From the NCBI GenBank assembly GCA_963812135.1, contig CAWETU010000001.1:1088001-1152000 (forward strand): 64,000 bases of DNA, given 5' to 3'. The notes under the pieces are model-generated. The model saw only the letters and a list, made by a program, of their open reading frames with translations. It did not search any database and was not told the origin of the DNA. The position numbers and the translations under genes are program-made. Shown one piece after another: positions 1-10,615 of this stretch (position 1 is the stretch's first letter; each line of letters starts with the position of its first letter). Source of the DNA: Vulcanimicrobiota bacterium. Its GTDB lineage: Bacteria; Vulcanimicrobiota; Vulcanimicrobiia; Eremiobacterales; Eremiobacteraceae.

Positions 1-435
1 CTGCAAGATCTCCAACAGCAGCTCGGTCTGACCTATCTGCTCATCGCGCACGATCTGTCGGTCGTGCGCCATATCTCCGACCGCGTCGCGGTGATGTACG
101 TCGGCAAGCTGGTCGAGGTCGCGGACCGCGACGAGCTGTACAAACGCCCGCTGCATCCATACACGCAGTCGCTGCTCTCGGCGATCCCGATCCCGGATCC
201 GCGCGTCGAGGCGCGCCGCAAGCGCATCATCCTCACGGGCGACATCCCCTCGCCGGTCAATCCCCCGAAGGCATGCCGTTTCAACACGCGCTGCCCGATC
301 GCGTACGAGCGCTGCTTCATCGAAGAGCCGCTCTTGAAAGAATACAACGGCCACGCGGTGGCATGTCACAAAGTCGAGGAACTGCACGGCGAGCAGCCCG
401 ACATCACCAAACGCACGGCCGAGGTTCATCGGTGA
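1..435 (+). CDS. Oligopeptide/dipeptide ABC transporter ATP-binding subunit (OppF/DppF-like), 5' truncated
   Basis: [34 protein letters not shown] and [21 protein letters not shown]-terminal motifs. Confidence 0.93.
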   Translation: MQDLQQQLGLTYLLIAHDLSVVRHISDRVAVMYVGKLVEVADRDELYKRPLHPYTQSLLSAIPIPDPRVEARRKRIILTGDIPSPVNPPKACRFNTRCPIAYERCFIEEPLLKEYNGHAVACHKVEELHGEQPDITKRTAEVHR

Positions 436-815
436 TGGCGAGAACCGTCGCACTCATCTTCGGCGTCATCTACACCATCGTCGGCGTCGCCGGCTTTATC
501 AATCCGATCGGCGGCACGATCGGCATGGCTCCCAGCGTCCTGCTGGGCTTCGCATCCGTCAATCTCGTACACAACATCGTGCATCTGGTGCTCGGCTTTT
601 GGGGCCTGACCGCGGCGGGCGACGAGGCCCGCGCGGTGTCGTATTGCCAGATCGTCGGCGTCGTGCTCATCGTGTTGGCGTTGCTTGGATTCTTCGTCCC
701 CAACCCGTTCGGACTCGTGCCGATCGGCGGCAACGATCCGTGGATCCATCTCATATCTGGCGTGATTCTCGCGTTCGCGGGGTTCGCTCGCTCGGGTTCA
801 GCGGCGCGGACATAA
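435..815 (+). CDS. Small multi-TM membrane protein (DUF4383-like)
   Basis: ATG overlaps upstream [13 protein letters not shown]...VNLVHNIVHLVLG...DPWIHL pattern. Confidence 0.75.
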   Translation: MARTVALIFGVIYTIVGVAGFINPIGGTIGMAPSVLLGFASVNLVHNIVHLVLGFWGLTAAGDEARAVSYCQIVGVVLIVLALLGFFVPNPFGLVPIGGNDPWIHLISGVILAFAGFARSGSAART

Positions 816-841
816 CGCGCGCGAGAACGGTCGCTTTAGAG

Positions 842-870
842 GCCGGATGGTGCGTCATCCGGCTTTCTTT
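842..870 (+). terminator. Intrinsic terminator
   Basis: GCCGGATG/CATCCGGC 8-bp stem followed by TTTCTTT. Confidence 0.75.
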
Positions 871-895
871 ATGGCCTCATGATGGTGTCCCGCAT

Positions 896-925
896 TTGAC
901 GGGCCTTGACGCCGTGGTGTATAGT
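896..925 (+). promoter_or_regulatory. Putative sigma70 promoter of topA
   Basis: TTGACG (896-901), 18-nt spacer, TATAGT (920-925). Confidence 0.6.
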
Positions 926-1017
926 AGGGAACGTTTGAGCGACTGCGGGGGCTCGTCCCGCATCGCACAACGTGTAGAAGCGGGTTTTTTCGACCCGCGG
1001 ACACCAACGGAGAAGTA

Positions 1018-3201
1018 TTGTCAAAGTCCCTCATCATCGTCGAATCGCCGGCCAAGGCCCGCACTCTTAAGAAGTTCCTCGGTTCCCGCTATCAAGTCTT
1101 GCCCTCAGTCGGTCACGTGCGCGACCTGCCCAAGAGCAGGCTCGGCGTCGACGTCGATCTCGACTTCAAGCCGACCTACGTCACTATCAAGGGCAAGGGG
1201 CCGGTCATCAAAGACCTGCGCGCGGCGGTCAAAAAAGCCAACCATATCTACTTAGCAACCGACCCCGATCGCGAAGGCGAAGCCATCGCGTGGCACTTGG
1301 CAGAAGTGCTCAAACTGCCGGATCCGCGCCGCATCGAACTCCACGAAATCACCAAGAGCGCCGTTCAAGAGGCGCTCAAGCATTCCGGGCCTATCAATAT
1401 GGATCGCGTCGACGCGCAACAGGCGCGCCGCATCCTCGACCGGCTCGTCGGCTACAAGATCTCGCCCATGCTGTGGCGCAAGATCCAAGGCGGGTTGTCG
1501 GCCGGACGCGTGCAGTCGGTCGCGGTCAAGCTGATCGTCGACCGCGAGCGCGAGATCGAAGCATTCGTCGCGCGCGAGTACTGGACGGTCTCGGCGCGCT
1601 TGTGGCCGCACGGTCACCACGACTCCGAGCACACGCTCGTCGCGGACCTCGTCAGCGTCGACGGCAAGAAGCTCGAGAAGTTCGACATTCCGACCGAAGC
1701 CGAAGCAACGCGGTTGGCGAACCGCTTGCAGAAGGCGAAGTACACGGTCACCAGCGTCAAGACGCGCGAGGTGCGCCGCTCGCCGGCCGCGCCGTTCACC
1801 ACCAGCACGCTGCAGCAGGAAGCGTCGCGCCGCCTCAAGATGCGCGTGCGCCGCACGATGCAGATCGCGCAGGGGCTGTACGAAGGCGTCGACGTCGGTG
1901 AAGAGGGCACGACCGGTCTCATCACCTACATGCGCACCGATTCGACCAGGCTGTCGACGTTCGCCATGGATCAAGCGCGCGAGTTTATCAATCGCACGTT
2001 CGGCGAGGAATACCACAACGGCAAACAGTTCAAGGTTTCGGAAGACGCGCAAGACGCGCACGAAGCCATCCGGCCGACCGATGCGAATCGCACGCCCGAT
2101 AGCCTCAAGCCGTATCTCGATCCGTCGCAGCTGCGCGTCTACCGGCTGATCTGGGAGCGCTTCGTCGCGAGCCAGATGGCGCCGGCGGTCTACGACCAGA
2201 CGACGGTCGAGATCGACGCCGACAACTGCGCGCTGCGCGCTACGGGCACCGTGCTCAAGTTCGCCGGCTACACGAAGATCTACGAAGAGACGCCCGACGA
2301 AGATGCCACCGAAGAGGACGAGCGCAAGAAGCACTTGCCGCCCGTGGAAGAAGGCCAGGCGATGGATCTGCGCGGCATCATGAAGGCGCAGCATTGGACC
2401 GAACCGCCTCCGCGCTTCACCGAAGCGTCGCTCGTCAAGACGCTCGAAGAGAAGGGTGTCGGCCGGCCGAGCACTTATGCGACGATCGTCGACACGATCC
2501 AGCGCCATTACACCAAGCTCGAGCAGCGCCGCTTCACACCGACGCCGGTCGGCTTGATCGTCAACGACGTGCTGGTCGAGTTCTTCCCCGACATCTTCAA
2601 CGAGACGTTCACCTCGGAGATGGAGCAACGGCTCGATCGCGTCGAGGACAAGCACGACGATTGGCGCTCGCTGCTGCGCGATTTCTACGCGCCGTTCTCC
2701 AAAGATCTGGCGCGCGCCGAAGAGTTCTTCCCGAAGATCGAGATCGAAGAGGAAGAGATCGACGAGACCTGCCCCGCATGCGGACGTCCAATGAAGATCA
2801 AGAACGGGCGCTTCGGCAAGTTCATCGCGTGCACCGGATATCCGGAATGCAAGACGACCAAGCCTATCGTGAAAGATTCGGGCGTCGTCTGTCCGCGCGA
2901 TGGCGGCCGCATCCTCGAGCGCAAGAGCAAGAAAGGCCGCATCTTCTACGGATGCGAGCGCTATCCGGCGTGTGACTTCGTGGCGTGGGATCCGCCGATG
3001 GTCGGTTCCGCCTGCAAGGAATGCGGCGCGTTCTTGGTGCGCAAGTGGGGCCGCAACGGCGGGCGCATCGTATGCAGCGTCGACGCGCACCACGATCACG
3101 GTCAGGAGCAGCCGCACGAGGCGCCGACCAATGGCGTTGTGCACTCGGGCCGCGTGATCGAGCACATGGACGAGCACTTGGAAGAGAAGCGCTCCGCTTA
3201 G
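1018..3201 (+). CDS. topA: DNA topoisomerase I
   Basis: IVESPAKA, ATDPDREGE, SAGRVQS, ITYMRTDS and Zn-ribbon repeats; TTG start after GGAG. Confidence 0.98.
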   Translation: MSKSLIIVESPAKARTLKKFLGSRYQVLPSVGHVRDLPKSRLGVDVDLDFKPTYVTIKGKGPVIKDLRAAVKKANHIYLATDPDREGEAIAWHLAEVLKLPDPRRIELHEITKSAVQEALKHSGPINMDRVDAQQARRILDRLVGYKISPMLWRKIQGGLSAGRVQSVAVKLIVDREREIEAFVAREYWTVSARLWPHGHHDSEHTLVADLVSVDGKKLEKFDIPTEAEATRLANRLQKAKYTVTSVKTREVRRSPAAPFTTSTLQQEASRRLKMRVRRTMQIAQGLYEGVDVGEEGTTGLITYMRTDSTRLSTFAMDQAREFINRTFGEEYHNGKQFKVSEDAQDAHEAIRPTDANRTPDSLKPYLDPSQLRVYRLIWERFVASQMAPAVYDQTTVEIDADNCALRATGTVLKFAGYTKIYEETPDEDATEEDERKKHLPPVEEGQAMDLRGIMKAQHWTEPPPRFTEASLVKTLEEKGVGRPSTYATIVDTIQRHYTKLEQRRFTPTPVGLIVNDVLVEFFPDIFNETFTSEMEQRLDRVEDKHDDWRSLLRDFYAPFSKDLARAEEFFPKIEIEEEEIDETCPACGRPMKIKNGRFGKFIACTGYPECKTTKPIVKDSGVVCPRDGGRILERKSKKGRIFYGCERYPACDFVAWDPPMVGSACKECGAFLVRKWGRNGGRIVCSVDAHHDHGQEQPHEAPTNGVVHSGRVIEHMDEHLEEKRSA

Positions 3202-3255
3202 AACCGCATCCGACCCAAAGGCCACTCGCCGAGATGCTCCGAAGTAGGCACAACA

Positions 3256-4599
3256 ATGGATCGCGTGACGGTCATCGGCGGCGGGCTCGCCGGTTCCGAA
3301 GCGGCGTGGCAGCTCGCGCAGCGCGGTGTCCCCGTCGTTCTTTACGAGATGCGTCCGAACGTCCAGACCGGCGCGCACGTCAGCGGGCGGTTGGCGGAAC
3401 TCGTGTGCAGCAATTCGCTACGTGGCGTCTCGCTGGAAAACGCGGTCGGGCTTCTCAAAGAAGAGATGGCGCGGCTCGGTTCGCTGATCATCGAGGCGGC
3501 GCGCGCGAATGCGGTGCCCGCCGGCGGAGCGTTGGCGGTCAATCGCGAGCACTTCGCCGATCACATCGAGGAGCGTATCTCTGCCCACCCGCTCATCGAA
3601 CTGCGGCGCGAGGAATGCCGACGCATTCCGACCGACGGCATCGCGATCGTCGCCTGCGGACCGCTCGCATCCGCGGCGCTCGCCGAAGATCTCGCGCGAC
3701 TGTGCGGACCCCAGCTGCATTATTTCGACGCCGCCTCGCCGATCGTCGCCAGCGATTCGCTCGACCGATCGCAGCTGTTCGAGGCGTCGCGCTACGGCAA
3801 AGGCGACGGCGCAGATTACCTCAATATCGCGCTGGATAAAGAACAATACCGTCAGCTCGTGCGCGATCTGGTCGAAGGCGACAAGCACGAGCCTCATGGT
3901 TTCGAATCGGATGCCGCACGCGGCAAGGTTCCGTACTTCGAGGCGTGCCTACCGGTTGAAGAGATGGCTCGTCGTGGCGAAGACACTTTGCGCTTTGGCC
4001 CCCTCAAGCCGGTCGGACTTGACGATCCGCGCACCGGGCGTCGCCCCTATGCGGTCGTCCAACTTCGCCGCGAGAACGCGGCGGGTACCGCGTACAATTT
4101 GGTCGGCTTTCAGACCCGCCTCACATGGCCGGCACAGCGCGCGGCGCTCGGCAAGTTGCCAGGGCTCGAAAACGCGGAATGGCTGCGGCTCGGCGTCATG
4201 CATCGCAACACGTTCGTCGACGCCCCGCGGGTGCTGGCTGAAGACTTGAGCCTGCGCGTCGCTCCACAGGTGTTCCTCGCGGGTCAAGTGACGGGCTGTG
4301 AGGGGTATGTCGAGGCGGCCGCCAGCGGCATCGTCGCCGCCGTGAACGCCGCGCGCAGAGCCGCCGGCGACGAGCGCGCATTCTTCCCCTCGTCCCGGAC
4401 CGCCATCGGCGCGTTGCTCGCGTATCTGCGTGACGGCACGAGCCACGACTTCCAGCCGCAAAACGTCACCTTCGCGTATTTCGAGCCGCTCGAGACCCCG
4501 CGCCGCGACAAGCAGGCGCGGCGCCGCGCGCTCGCCGAACGCGCGCTCGCAGAGATCGATCAGATCGCACGCGAGTTCCACCCCATCGAGGTAGCATGA
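3256..4599 (+). CDS. trmFO: tRNA (U54)-methyltransferase TrmFO
   Basis: [27 protein letters not shown] and GVMHRNTF motifs. Confidence 0.97.
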   Translation: MDRVTVIGGGLAGSEAAWQLAQRGVPVVLYEMRPNVQTGAHVSGRLAELVCSNSLRGVSLENAVGLLKEEMARLGSLIIEAARANAVPAGGALAVNREHFADHIEERISAHPLIELRREECRRIPTDGIAIVACGPLASAALAEDLARLCGPQLHYFDAASPIVASDSLDRSQLFEASRYGKGDGADYLNIALDKEQYRQLVRDLVEGDKHEPHGFESDAARGKVPYFEACLPVEEMARRGEDTLRFGPLKPVGLDDPRTGRRPYAVVQLRRENAAGTAYNLVGFQTRLTWPAQRAALGKLPGLENAEWLRLGVMHRNTFVDAPRVLAEDLSLRVAPQVFLAGQVTGCEGYVEAAASGIVAAVNAARRAAGDERAFFPSSRTAIGALLAYLRDGTSHDFQPQNVTFAYFEPLETPRRDKQARRRALAERALAEIDQIAREFHPIEVA

Positions 4600-5123
4600 T
4601 CCGTTCAACGACGATCGTCGCGGTGTTGCGCGACGGACATATCGCAGTCGGCGGCGATGGCCAGGTGACGCTCGACAAAGTCGTCATGAAACACCACGCC
4701 CGCAAAGTCCGCAAGGTCGGCGGCGGCAAGGTGCTGGCGGGTTTCGCGGGATCGGCCGCGGACGGCATCACGCTGCTTGACAAGTTCGAAACGAAACTGC
4801 AAGAGTTCCGCGGCAACATCACACGCGCCGCTGTCGAACTGGCCAAGGATTGGCGCCAAGACCGCTACCTGCGCCGGCTCGAGGCGCTGCTGATCGTCGG
4901 CGACACCGAGCATCTCTTCGTGCTTTCGGGCACGGGCGACGTCGTCGAGCCGGATGACAACATCGCGGCCATCGGCAGCGGCGGGCCGTACGCGCAAGCC
5001 GCGGCGCTCGCGCTCATCAAGAACACGCCGCTCGGCGCGGCGGAGATCGTGCAGGAGGCCTTGCAGGTCGCCGGCCGGATCGACATCTACACGAACGACG
5101 ATATCGCCATCGAAACCCTGTGA
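4596..5123 (+). CDS. hslV: HslUV protease peptidase subunit
   Basis: [27 protein letters not shown]. Confidence 0.97.
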   Translation: MIRSTTIVAVLRDGHIAVGGDGQVTLDKVVMKHHARKVRKVGGGKVLAGFAGSAADGITLLDKFETKLQEFRGNITRAAVELAKDWRQDRYLRRLEALLIVGDTEHLFVLSGTGDVVEPDDNIAAIGSGGPYAQAAALALIKNTPLGAAEIVQEALQVAGRIDIYTNDDIAIETL

Positions 5124-5839
5124 GCGTGCCGCTCGGGCAAGCGGACTATCCGCGCCTCGGGCCGCTGCTCGCCACCGCGTTCGATCGCGCGGTCCGCGTG
5201 ACGCTGCGCTCGTGGGTCTGGATCATCGCCTTGATGCTCGCGTGCCTCGCATTCGCAGCGGTCGGCGCATCGCAGCGCGCGCTCGACGTATGCCTGTTTG
5301 TCTGGAGCTTCGCTGCTGCAGCGAACGCGATGCGCACGATCGACCCCACGTATCGCCTGGACTCGAGCAGCGTCGCCAGATTGTTCCTCGTCGGCGCTGG
5401 CGTCGGAATAGCATGCGTGTTCGGATTTGTCGCACTTGTGTGGCCCGCGGTGTGGCTCGGCACCAAATGGTCGATGGCTGAAGCGGCCGTTATCGCCGAT
5501 CGCCTTCCGGCTGAAGTCGCGATGCGCCGCTCCTGGGAGCTGACGACCGGACGCTTCTGGCGCACGCTGCTATTCGGGCTGGTGCTGCTGTTGGCGGTGG
5601 AGATCACGGCCGGCTTGCCGGCGCTCGTCATCGGCGGCATCGCCGGTGCGCTGGTCAACGTGAAGCTGGTCCCGGGCACGATCGACCAGGTGACGAACTA
5701 CGCCATCGCGCTCGCCGTGCCGATCGCGATGTACGCAAGCCAAGCGCAGTGGATCGCGGGTCTGTACTGGTACCGGTCGCTCAAGGCGATGCAAGAGGCC
5801 GAGCTTTCAGTGCTGGTCGCATCACCCACGACCGCGTGA
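5120..5839 (+). CDS. Hypothetical multi-TM membrane protein
   Basis: GTGA overlap with hslV; hydrophobic helices; [15 protein letters not shown] motif. Confidence 0.7.
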   Translation: MSVPLGQADYPRLGPLLATAFDRAVRVTLRSWVWIIALMLACLAFAAVGASQRALDVCLFVWSFAAAANAMRTIDPTYRLDSSSVARLFLVGAGVGIACVFGFVALVWPAVWLGTKWSMAEAAVIADRLPAEVAMRRSWELTTGRFWRTLLFGLVLLLAVEITAGLPALVIGGIAGALVNVKLVPGTIDQVTNYAIALAVPIAMYASQAQWIAGLYWYRSLKAMQEAELSVLVASPTTA

Positions 5840-7095
5840 GGGTAGTACCGCTCCCGCCGTTCTGGCTTTTTCTTTCAAAGGCGTTTGATCGTGGCGTACT
5901 GATATCGGTGCGCCAATGGCCCTGGTTGATCGCCTGCGGGGCCGCGCTTGTCGCGATGGCAGATGACCGTGGGGTCATGGAGCTACATAGCGGTTTGGGA
6001 CGGTCTACCTCATCTGGTTCACTGCGGCGATGGTTGCGGCGCTTGCGGCTGACTCGACCGGGTTTCACGCCGACGCGCGCGTTTTACACGCGCATCGCTG
6101 GCGCGTTCATGGTCTACGAAATCGTCGTCACCGCCGGAATGCTACTGCTCGTCCTGCCTGGCCTGTATTTCGCATCTCGACTGTGGGTGACGACCGCCGC
6201 GGTCGGACTGGAAGACAAAGGAGTGGGACAGGCGCTCGCGCGTTCGTGGGATCTCACCCGCCGCGCATTTTGGCCGACTTTCGGACTCGTCGGGGTTATT
6301 TTTGTCGCCGACGTCGCATCAATCGCGATTTTTGGGTATATCGCGTTGAGAGAAATGTCCCTGTTGAGACTCGTGGAATCAAACAAAACGCTATTGCATT
6401 ATACGATTGTCGCCATGCGAGTCGGGCTGCGTCTCTACTTCGATGCGGTCGCAATCTCCGCCAAACTCCTTTGGTTACCAGTGCTCGCCGCGCTGCCTGC
6501 GCCGCCCGCGGCGATGCCGCTTCCTACACCCAGCTCAACGAATCCAGGCGCGTATCGGCGCCGTGCCTTGACACAACGCGATGAAGCGCCCATCGAAACG
6601 CCACGTCTGTGGCTTGAGCCGATTGTGCCCGAGCATGCCAAGACTCTGTACGCGCCGCTGCAGGACCCACTGTTGTATCGATACGTCAGCCAGCCGCCGC
6701 CCGAATCGGAATTCGCGCTTCGACGCCGCTTCGAACAGCTCGCGGCCGGCAGATCGCCGGATGGGTCGCAGATCTGGTTGAACTGGGCGGCGCGCGCCAA
6801 GACCGGCCCGTACGTAGGCCTGACCCAAGCGACGATCGAGGGCGATCACGCGCTGATCGGATACGACATCTTCGTGCCGTTCTGGCGCAACGGGTACGGC
6901 AAGGAAGCGTGTGGCGCAATGGTCGACGTGGCACTACGCGAATACGGTGTCACGTCGGTCACTGCGGTTGTCGACGCCGACAACGCCGCGTCGATCGCGC
7001 TGCTCGAGGTGATGGGCTTCTCTCGCGCGTGGACCGGACCGAGCGATGACATGCCCGGCCACACCGACCATCGCTATGAACGAGTTCTCGGCTAG
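5836..7095 (+). CDS. Membrane protein paralogous to the upstream gene, read in frame with a RimJ/RimL-type GNAT acetyltransferase (fusion may be an artefact)
   Basis: ALARSWDLTRRAFWPT matches upstream motif; C-terminal IETPRLWLEP, FWRNGYGKEA, NAASIALLEVMGF. Confidence 0.65.
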   Translation: MRVVPLPPFWLFLSKAFDRGVLISVRQWPWLIACGAALVAMADDRGVMELHSGLGRSTSSGSLRRWLRRLRLTRPGFTPTRAFYTRIAGAFMVYEIVVTAGMLLLVLPGLYFASRLWVTTAAVGLEDKGVGQALARSWDLTRRAFWPTFGLVGVIFVADVASIAIFGYIALREMSLLRLVESNKTLLHYTIVAMRVGLRLYFDAVAISAKLLWLPVLAALPAPPAAMPLPTPSSTNPGAYRRRALTQRDEAPIETPRLWLEPIVPEHAKTLYAPLQDPLLYRYVSQPPPESEFALRRRFEQLAAGRSPDGSQIWLNWAARAKTGPYVGLTQATIEGDHALIGYDIFVPFWRNGYGKEACGAMVDVALREYGVTSVTAVVDADNAASIALLEVMGFSRAWTGPSDDMPGHTDHRYERVLG

Positions 7096-7613
7096 TCGCC
7101 CTCGAGCAACGTGTGTTCGAGGTTTGCCTTGATCAGCCGGATGTCGTCTTCGCCATTCTGCCTGCTTAGCAACGCGAGCGCGGTGAAGCCGACGGGCAGG
7201 ATCCACGCTGCCTGGGCGACGCCCATAGGTTTGCCGATCGCCCAACTCGCGAGCAGTATCAGCGTGACGAGTAAAGAGCCCGCGCCGAATATACGCGTTG
7301 TCCAACCTGCGCCGAACCAACCGCTTAGTCGTGAGTGGTCGGCACCGCCGCTCAGCTGGCCGCGGAACACCGGACGTATCATCGTCAACAGATCGAAATG
7401 CGCCGGGGCATCGCCTCGAGGTTGGACCTCATAGAAGGCCTCGACGCGACCGTCGACGAGCGAGGCCGTCAAGTACGGCGTGTCGGATCTTACTAGCCGC
7501 GGTAGCATCAGCATGCCAAAGCGCTGCGACGCGACCTCAAACGATACAGGAACGTCAAACGTGTATGGCTGCGGTCCGATCGCAACGGCGTCGATAAAAC
7601 GCCAGAAATCCAA
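7092..7613 (-). CDS. Hypothetical protein with two C-terminal TM helices
   Basis: ORF abuts the pntB stop; two hydrophobic segments. Confidence 0.55.
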   Translation of the reverse strand: MDFWRFIDAVAIGPQPYTFDVPVSFEVASQRFGMLMLPRLVRSDTPYLTASLVDGRVEAFYEVQPRGDAPAHFDLLTMIRPVFRGQLSGGADHSRLSGWFGAGWTTRIFGAGSLLVTLILLASWAIGKPMGVAQAAWILPVGFTALALLSRQNGEDDIRLIKANLEHTLLEGD

Positions 7614-9017
7614 CTACGCGGCCGCGACGTCAGCGGCGAGCTTCTGCACCGAGTCCTTCGCGTCGCCGAACAGCATCATCGTCTTGGGGTTCTCGTAGAG
7701 CGGATTGTCGATGCCCGCGAAGCCTGGGTTCATGCTGCGCTTGAGCACGACGACGTTTTTCGCTTTGTCGACATCCAGGATCGGCATGCCGTAGATCGGG
7801 CTGTTCTGGACGTTGCGCGCTGCGGGGTTGGTGACGTCGTTCGCGCCGATGACCAGCGCGACGTCCGCGGCTTCGAACTGCGGATTGATCTCGTCCATCT
7901 CGTGCAGTTGATCGTAGGGCACGTTGGCTTCGGCGAGCAGCACGTTCATATGGCCGGGCATGCGGCCCGCTACCGGGTGGATCGCGAACTTGACGTCAAC
8001 GCCCCGTTTCTCAAGATTCGACGCGAGCTCGCGCACTGCGTGTTGCGCTTGTGCGACCGCCATGCCGTAGCCCGGCACGATGATCACCGAGCGCGAGTAC
8101 GCGAGCAGTGTAGCCACGTCCTCAGCGCTGGCGGAACGCACTGTGCCGCCGCCGGGCGCAGCCGCCGGACCGCCGGTGACCGCCTTGGGCGCCGCGCCGA
8201 ACGCGCCGAACAGCACGTTGCCGAGCGAGCGATTCATCGCGGTCGCCATCAGCGTGGTCAGCAGCGTACCGGATGCGCCGACCAGCGTGCCGCTGATGAT
8301 GAGCACCGTGCTGTCGAGCGCGAAGCCGGTGACCGCCACTGCGACGCCTGTGAACGAGTTGAGCAGCGAGATCACGACCGGCATGTCGGCGCCGCCGATC
8401 GGCAACACGCCGAGTACGCCGAGCAACAACGCAGCGACGATGATCCCGCCGAAAGCCGCTGCCGAGACGTGGCCCAGCAGCATGAACGCCGAGAGGCCGA
8501 CGACCGCCAGCAACACGAGCGCGTTGACGAATTGCTGGCCGGCATACGTGATCGGGCGGCCGGTCATGAGCTCTTGCAGTTTCGCGAACGCCACCAGGCT
8601 GCCCGAGAAGCTCACGGAGCCGATGATCGAGCTGAGGATGATCGGCAACAGCTGATCCCAGGTCGGCGTCGCGCCGCCTTGCGTGAGGCGGATGAACTCG
8701 CCCGCCGAGACCAGCGCTGCCGCGCCGCCGCCCGCGCCGTTGAAGAGCGCGACCATCTGCGGCATCGCAGTCATCTTGACAAGCCTGGCAGAGACCAAGC
8801 CGATCGGCACGCCGACGACGGCGCCGATGATGATGTCGGTCCACGACAGGATGCGAGAATCGAATCCGGTCGCCACGACCGCGATCGCCATGCCGATCAT
8901 GGCGAGGATGTTGCCCACGCGCGCCGTGCGCGGCGAGCTCAAGAACTTGAGACCGAGGATGAAGAGGACCGCGGTGACGAGATACGCGATCGAGAGCACG
9001 ATTTGTTCGATCGTCAT
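7614..9017 (-). CDS. pntB: NAD(P) transhydrogenase beta subunit
   Basis: MTAMPQMVALFNG, IGGADMPVVISLLNS, HPVAGRMPGHMNVLLAE; ATG at 9017. Confidence 0.97.
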   Translation of the reverse strand: MTIEQIVLSIAYLVTAVLFILGLKFLSSPRTARVGNILAMIGMAIAVVATGFDSRILSWTDIIIGAVVGVPIGLVSARLVKMTAMPQMVALFNGAGGGAAALVSAGEFIRLTQGGATPTWDQLLPIILSSIIGSVSFSGSLVAFAKLQELMTGRPITYAGQQFVNALVLLAVVGLSAFMLLGHVSAAAFGGIIVAALLLGVLGVLPIGGADMPVVISLLNSFTGVAVAVTGFALDSTVLIISGTLVGASGTLLTTLMATAMNRSLGNVLFGAFGAAPKAVTGGPAAAPGGGTVRSASAEDVATLLAYSRSVIIVPGYGMAVAQAQHAVRELASNLEKRGVDVKFAIHPVAGRMPGHMNVLLAEANVPYDQLHEMDEINPQFEAADVALVIGANDVTNPAARNVQNSPIYGMPILDVDKAKNVVVLKRSMNPGFAGIDNPLYENPKTMMLFGDAKDSVQKLAADVAAA

Positions 9018-9313
9018 CGCGGGCGGTTCTCCGTCCGCCCTTTGAACATCTCGAGCATGCGCTCGGTGACGGCAAAACCGCCGACGACGTTGATGGAGCC
9101 GAGCACCATCGCGGCGATGCCGATCGCGTGGCCGACCGCGCCGCCGATCGCGGCGCCCGCGATGAGCATCGCACCGACGACCACGATGCCGTGGATCGCG
9201 TTGGTCGCGGACATGAGCGGCGTATGGAGCATCGACGGCACTTTGGAGATCACTTCGAACCCGACGAACACCGCCAGGACGAATACCGTGAGCTGGATCA
9301 GGAAGTGTTCCAT
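9014..9313 (-). CDS. pntA: NAD(P) transhydrogenase alpha subunit, membrane part (split PntA2)
   Basis: KVPSMLHTPLMSATNAIHG and GGFAVTERMLEMF. Confidence 0.95.
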   Translation of the reverse strand: MEHFLIQLTVFVLAVFVGFEVISKVPSMLHTPLMSATNAIHGIVVVGAMLIAGAAIGGAVGHAIGIAAMVLGSINVVGGFAVTERMLEMFKGRTENRPR

Positions 9314-10459
9314 CAAGCACCGACTCCTTGCAGCCGCGAGCGAACCGCTTCGTTGACGATCTCGCCGTCGCGCGTGACGCATGCGCCGCGCACGATCTCG
9401 TCGTTCATGTCCAACGTCAGCGTGCCGTCCTTGACGAGCAGCGTCAACAATGCCAGCACGTTCTTGGCGTACAGCATGCTCGCGTGTTGGGGCATCGTGC
9501 TCGGAAGGTTGAGCGGACCTGCAATGGTGACGCCGTTTTTGACCACAGTCGATCCCGGTTCGCACAATTCGCAGTTGCCGCCGGCCTCGGCGGCAAGATC
9601 GACGATCACCGAACCCGGTCGCATGTTCTGCACGGCGGCGGCAGTGATGAGCAGCGGCGCCCGTCTGCCGGGGATGAGCGCGGTGGTGATGATAACGTCC
9701 ATGTTGGTCGCGGTCGAGGCGATCAGCTCTTGATCGCGCTTTTGCTGATCGGCGGCGAGCTCTTTGGCATACCCGCCCGCGCCTTCGGCATCTTGGGGCG
9801 GCGAGCCGAGAAACGTGGCGCCCAAGCTCTCGACTTGTTCTTTGACCACGGCGCGCACGTCGAAACCGGTCACGACGGCGCCGAGCCGCCGCGCGGTCGC
9901 GATCGCCTGCAGACCCGCGACGCCGGCGCCGAGCACGAGCACCTTGGCGGGCGGCACCGTGCCGGCCGCGGTCATGAGCATCGGGAAGAATTTTGGCAGC
10001 GAATCGGCGGCGAGCAGCGCCGCCTTATAGCCGGAGACCGTCGCTTGCGATGACAACGCGTCCATGCTCTGCGCGCGCGAGATGCGCGGGATCAACTCCA
10101 TTGAGAACCCGGTGACCTTGCGTTGCGCGAGCTTGGCAGCGTATTGCGGATCGGACAGCGGCTGCAAAAACGCGACGAGCGTCGCGCCTTCGGGCATGAG
10201 GCTCAATTCGTCGGGACCATCCGTCAAGCGGCCGCTGCACCTTGACCACCATCCCAGCGGCGCCATAGGTCTCCGCGGCCGACGCGCCGAGCGTCGCGCC
10301 CGCGCTCTGATAATCGGCATCGCGGAAGCCTGCGGCATCGCCGGCACCGTGCTCCACGATCACCGCGTTGCCCGCTTTCACCAGCCGCCCGGCGACGTCT
10401 GGTGTGAGCGCGACGCGGTGCTCTCCCGGCGCGATCTCCTTGGGTACGACAACGTTCAA
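9313..10459 (-). CDS. pntA: NAD(P) transhydrogenase alpha subunit, soluble part (PntA1); +1 frameshift near 10226, probably sequence error
   Basis: VPKEIAPGEHRVALTP in one frame and PRISRAQSMDALSSQ/GAGVAGLQ in the next; AGGAGA RBS before TTG at 10459. Confidence 0.9.
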
Positions 10460-10615
10460 AACGACGTCTCCTAAAAACGCGCGATGCAAGATCGCGCGGC
10501 TCGATGTGGCGGCGGATTAGATTCCCGTGAACGTGTGTTTCACCCTGTTCTCACCGCATCCCCAGACTTTTCGCGGCACTGCGACGATAGTATTATCGCG
10601 GAGGGTCTAAAGCCG

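Noticed and set aside
1252..3378. Long antisense or alternate-frame ORFs (also 58905..61172, 52464..54056, 36284..38062)
   Set aside because: Shadow ORFs expected from high-GC codon bias opposite well-supported genes; no recognisable motifs.
10215..10235. Frameshift in pntA as programmed recoding or pseudogene
   Set aside because: No slippery heptamer. It is one of several +1 shifts fixable by removing a base from a short run (also ~10820, ~11008, ~48442), which points to homopolymer over-calling; reads would settle it.
10527..10543. GTGAA-N7-TTCAC palindrome upstream of pntA as a Rex or CRP site
   Set aside because: Spacing and flanks fit neither TTGTGAA-N4-TTCACAA nor TGTGA-N6-TCACA.
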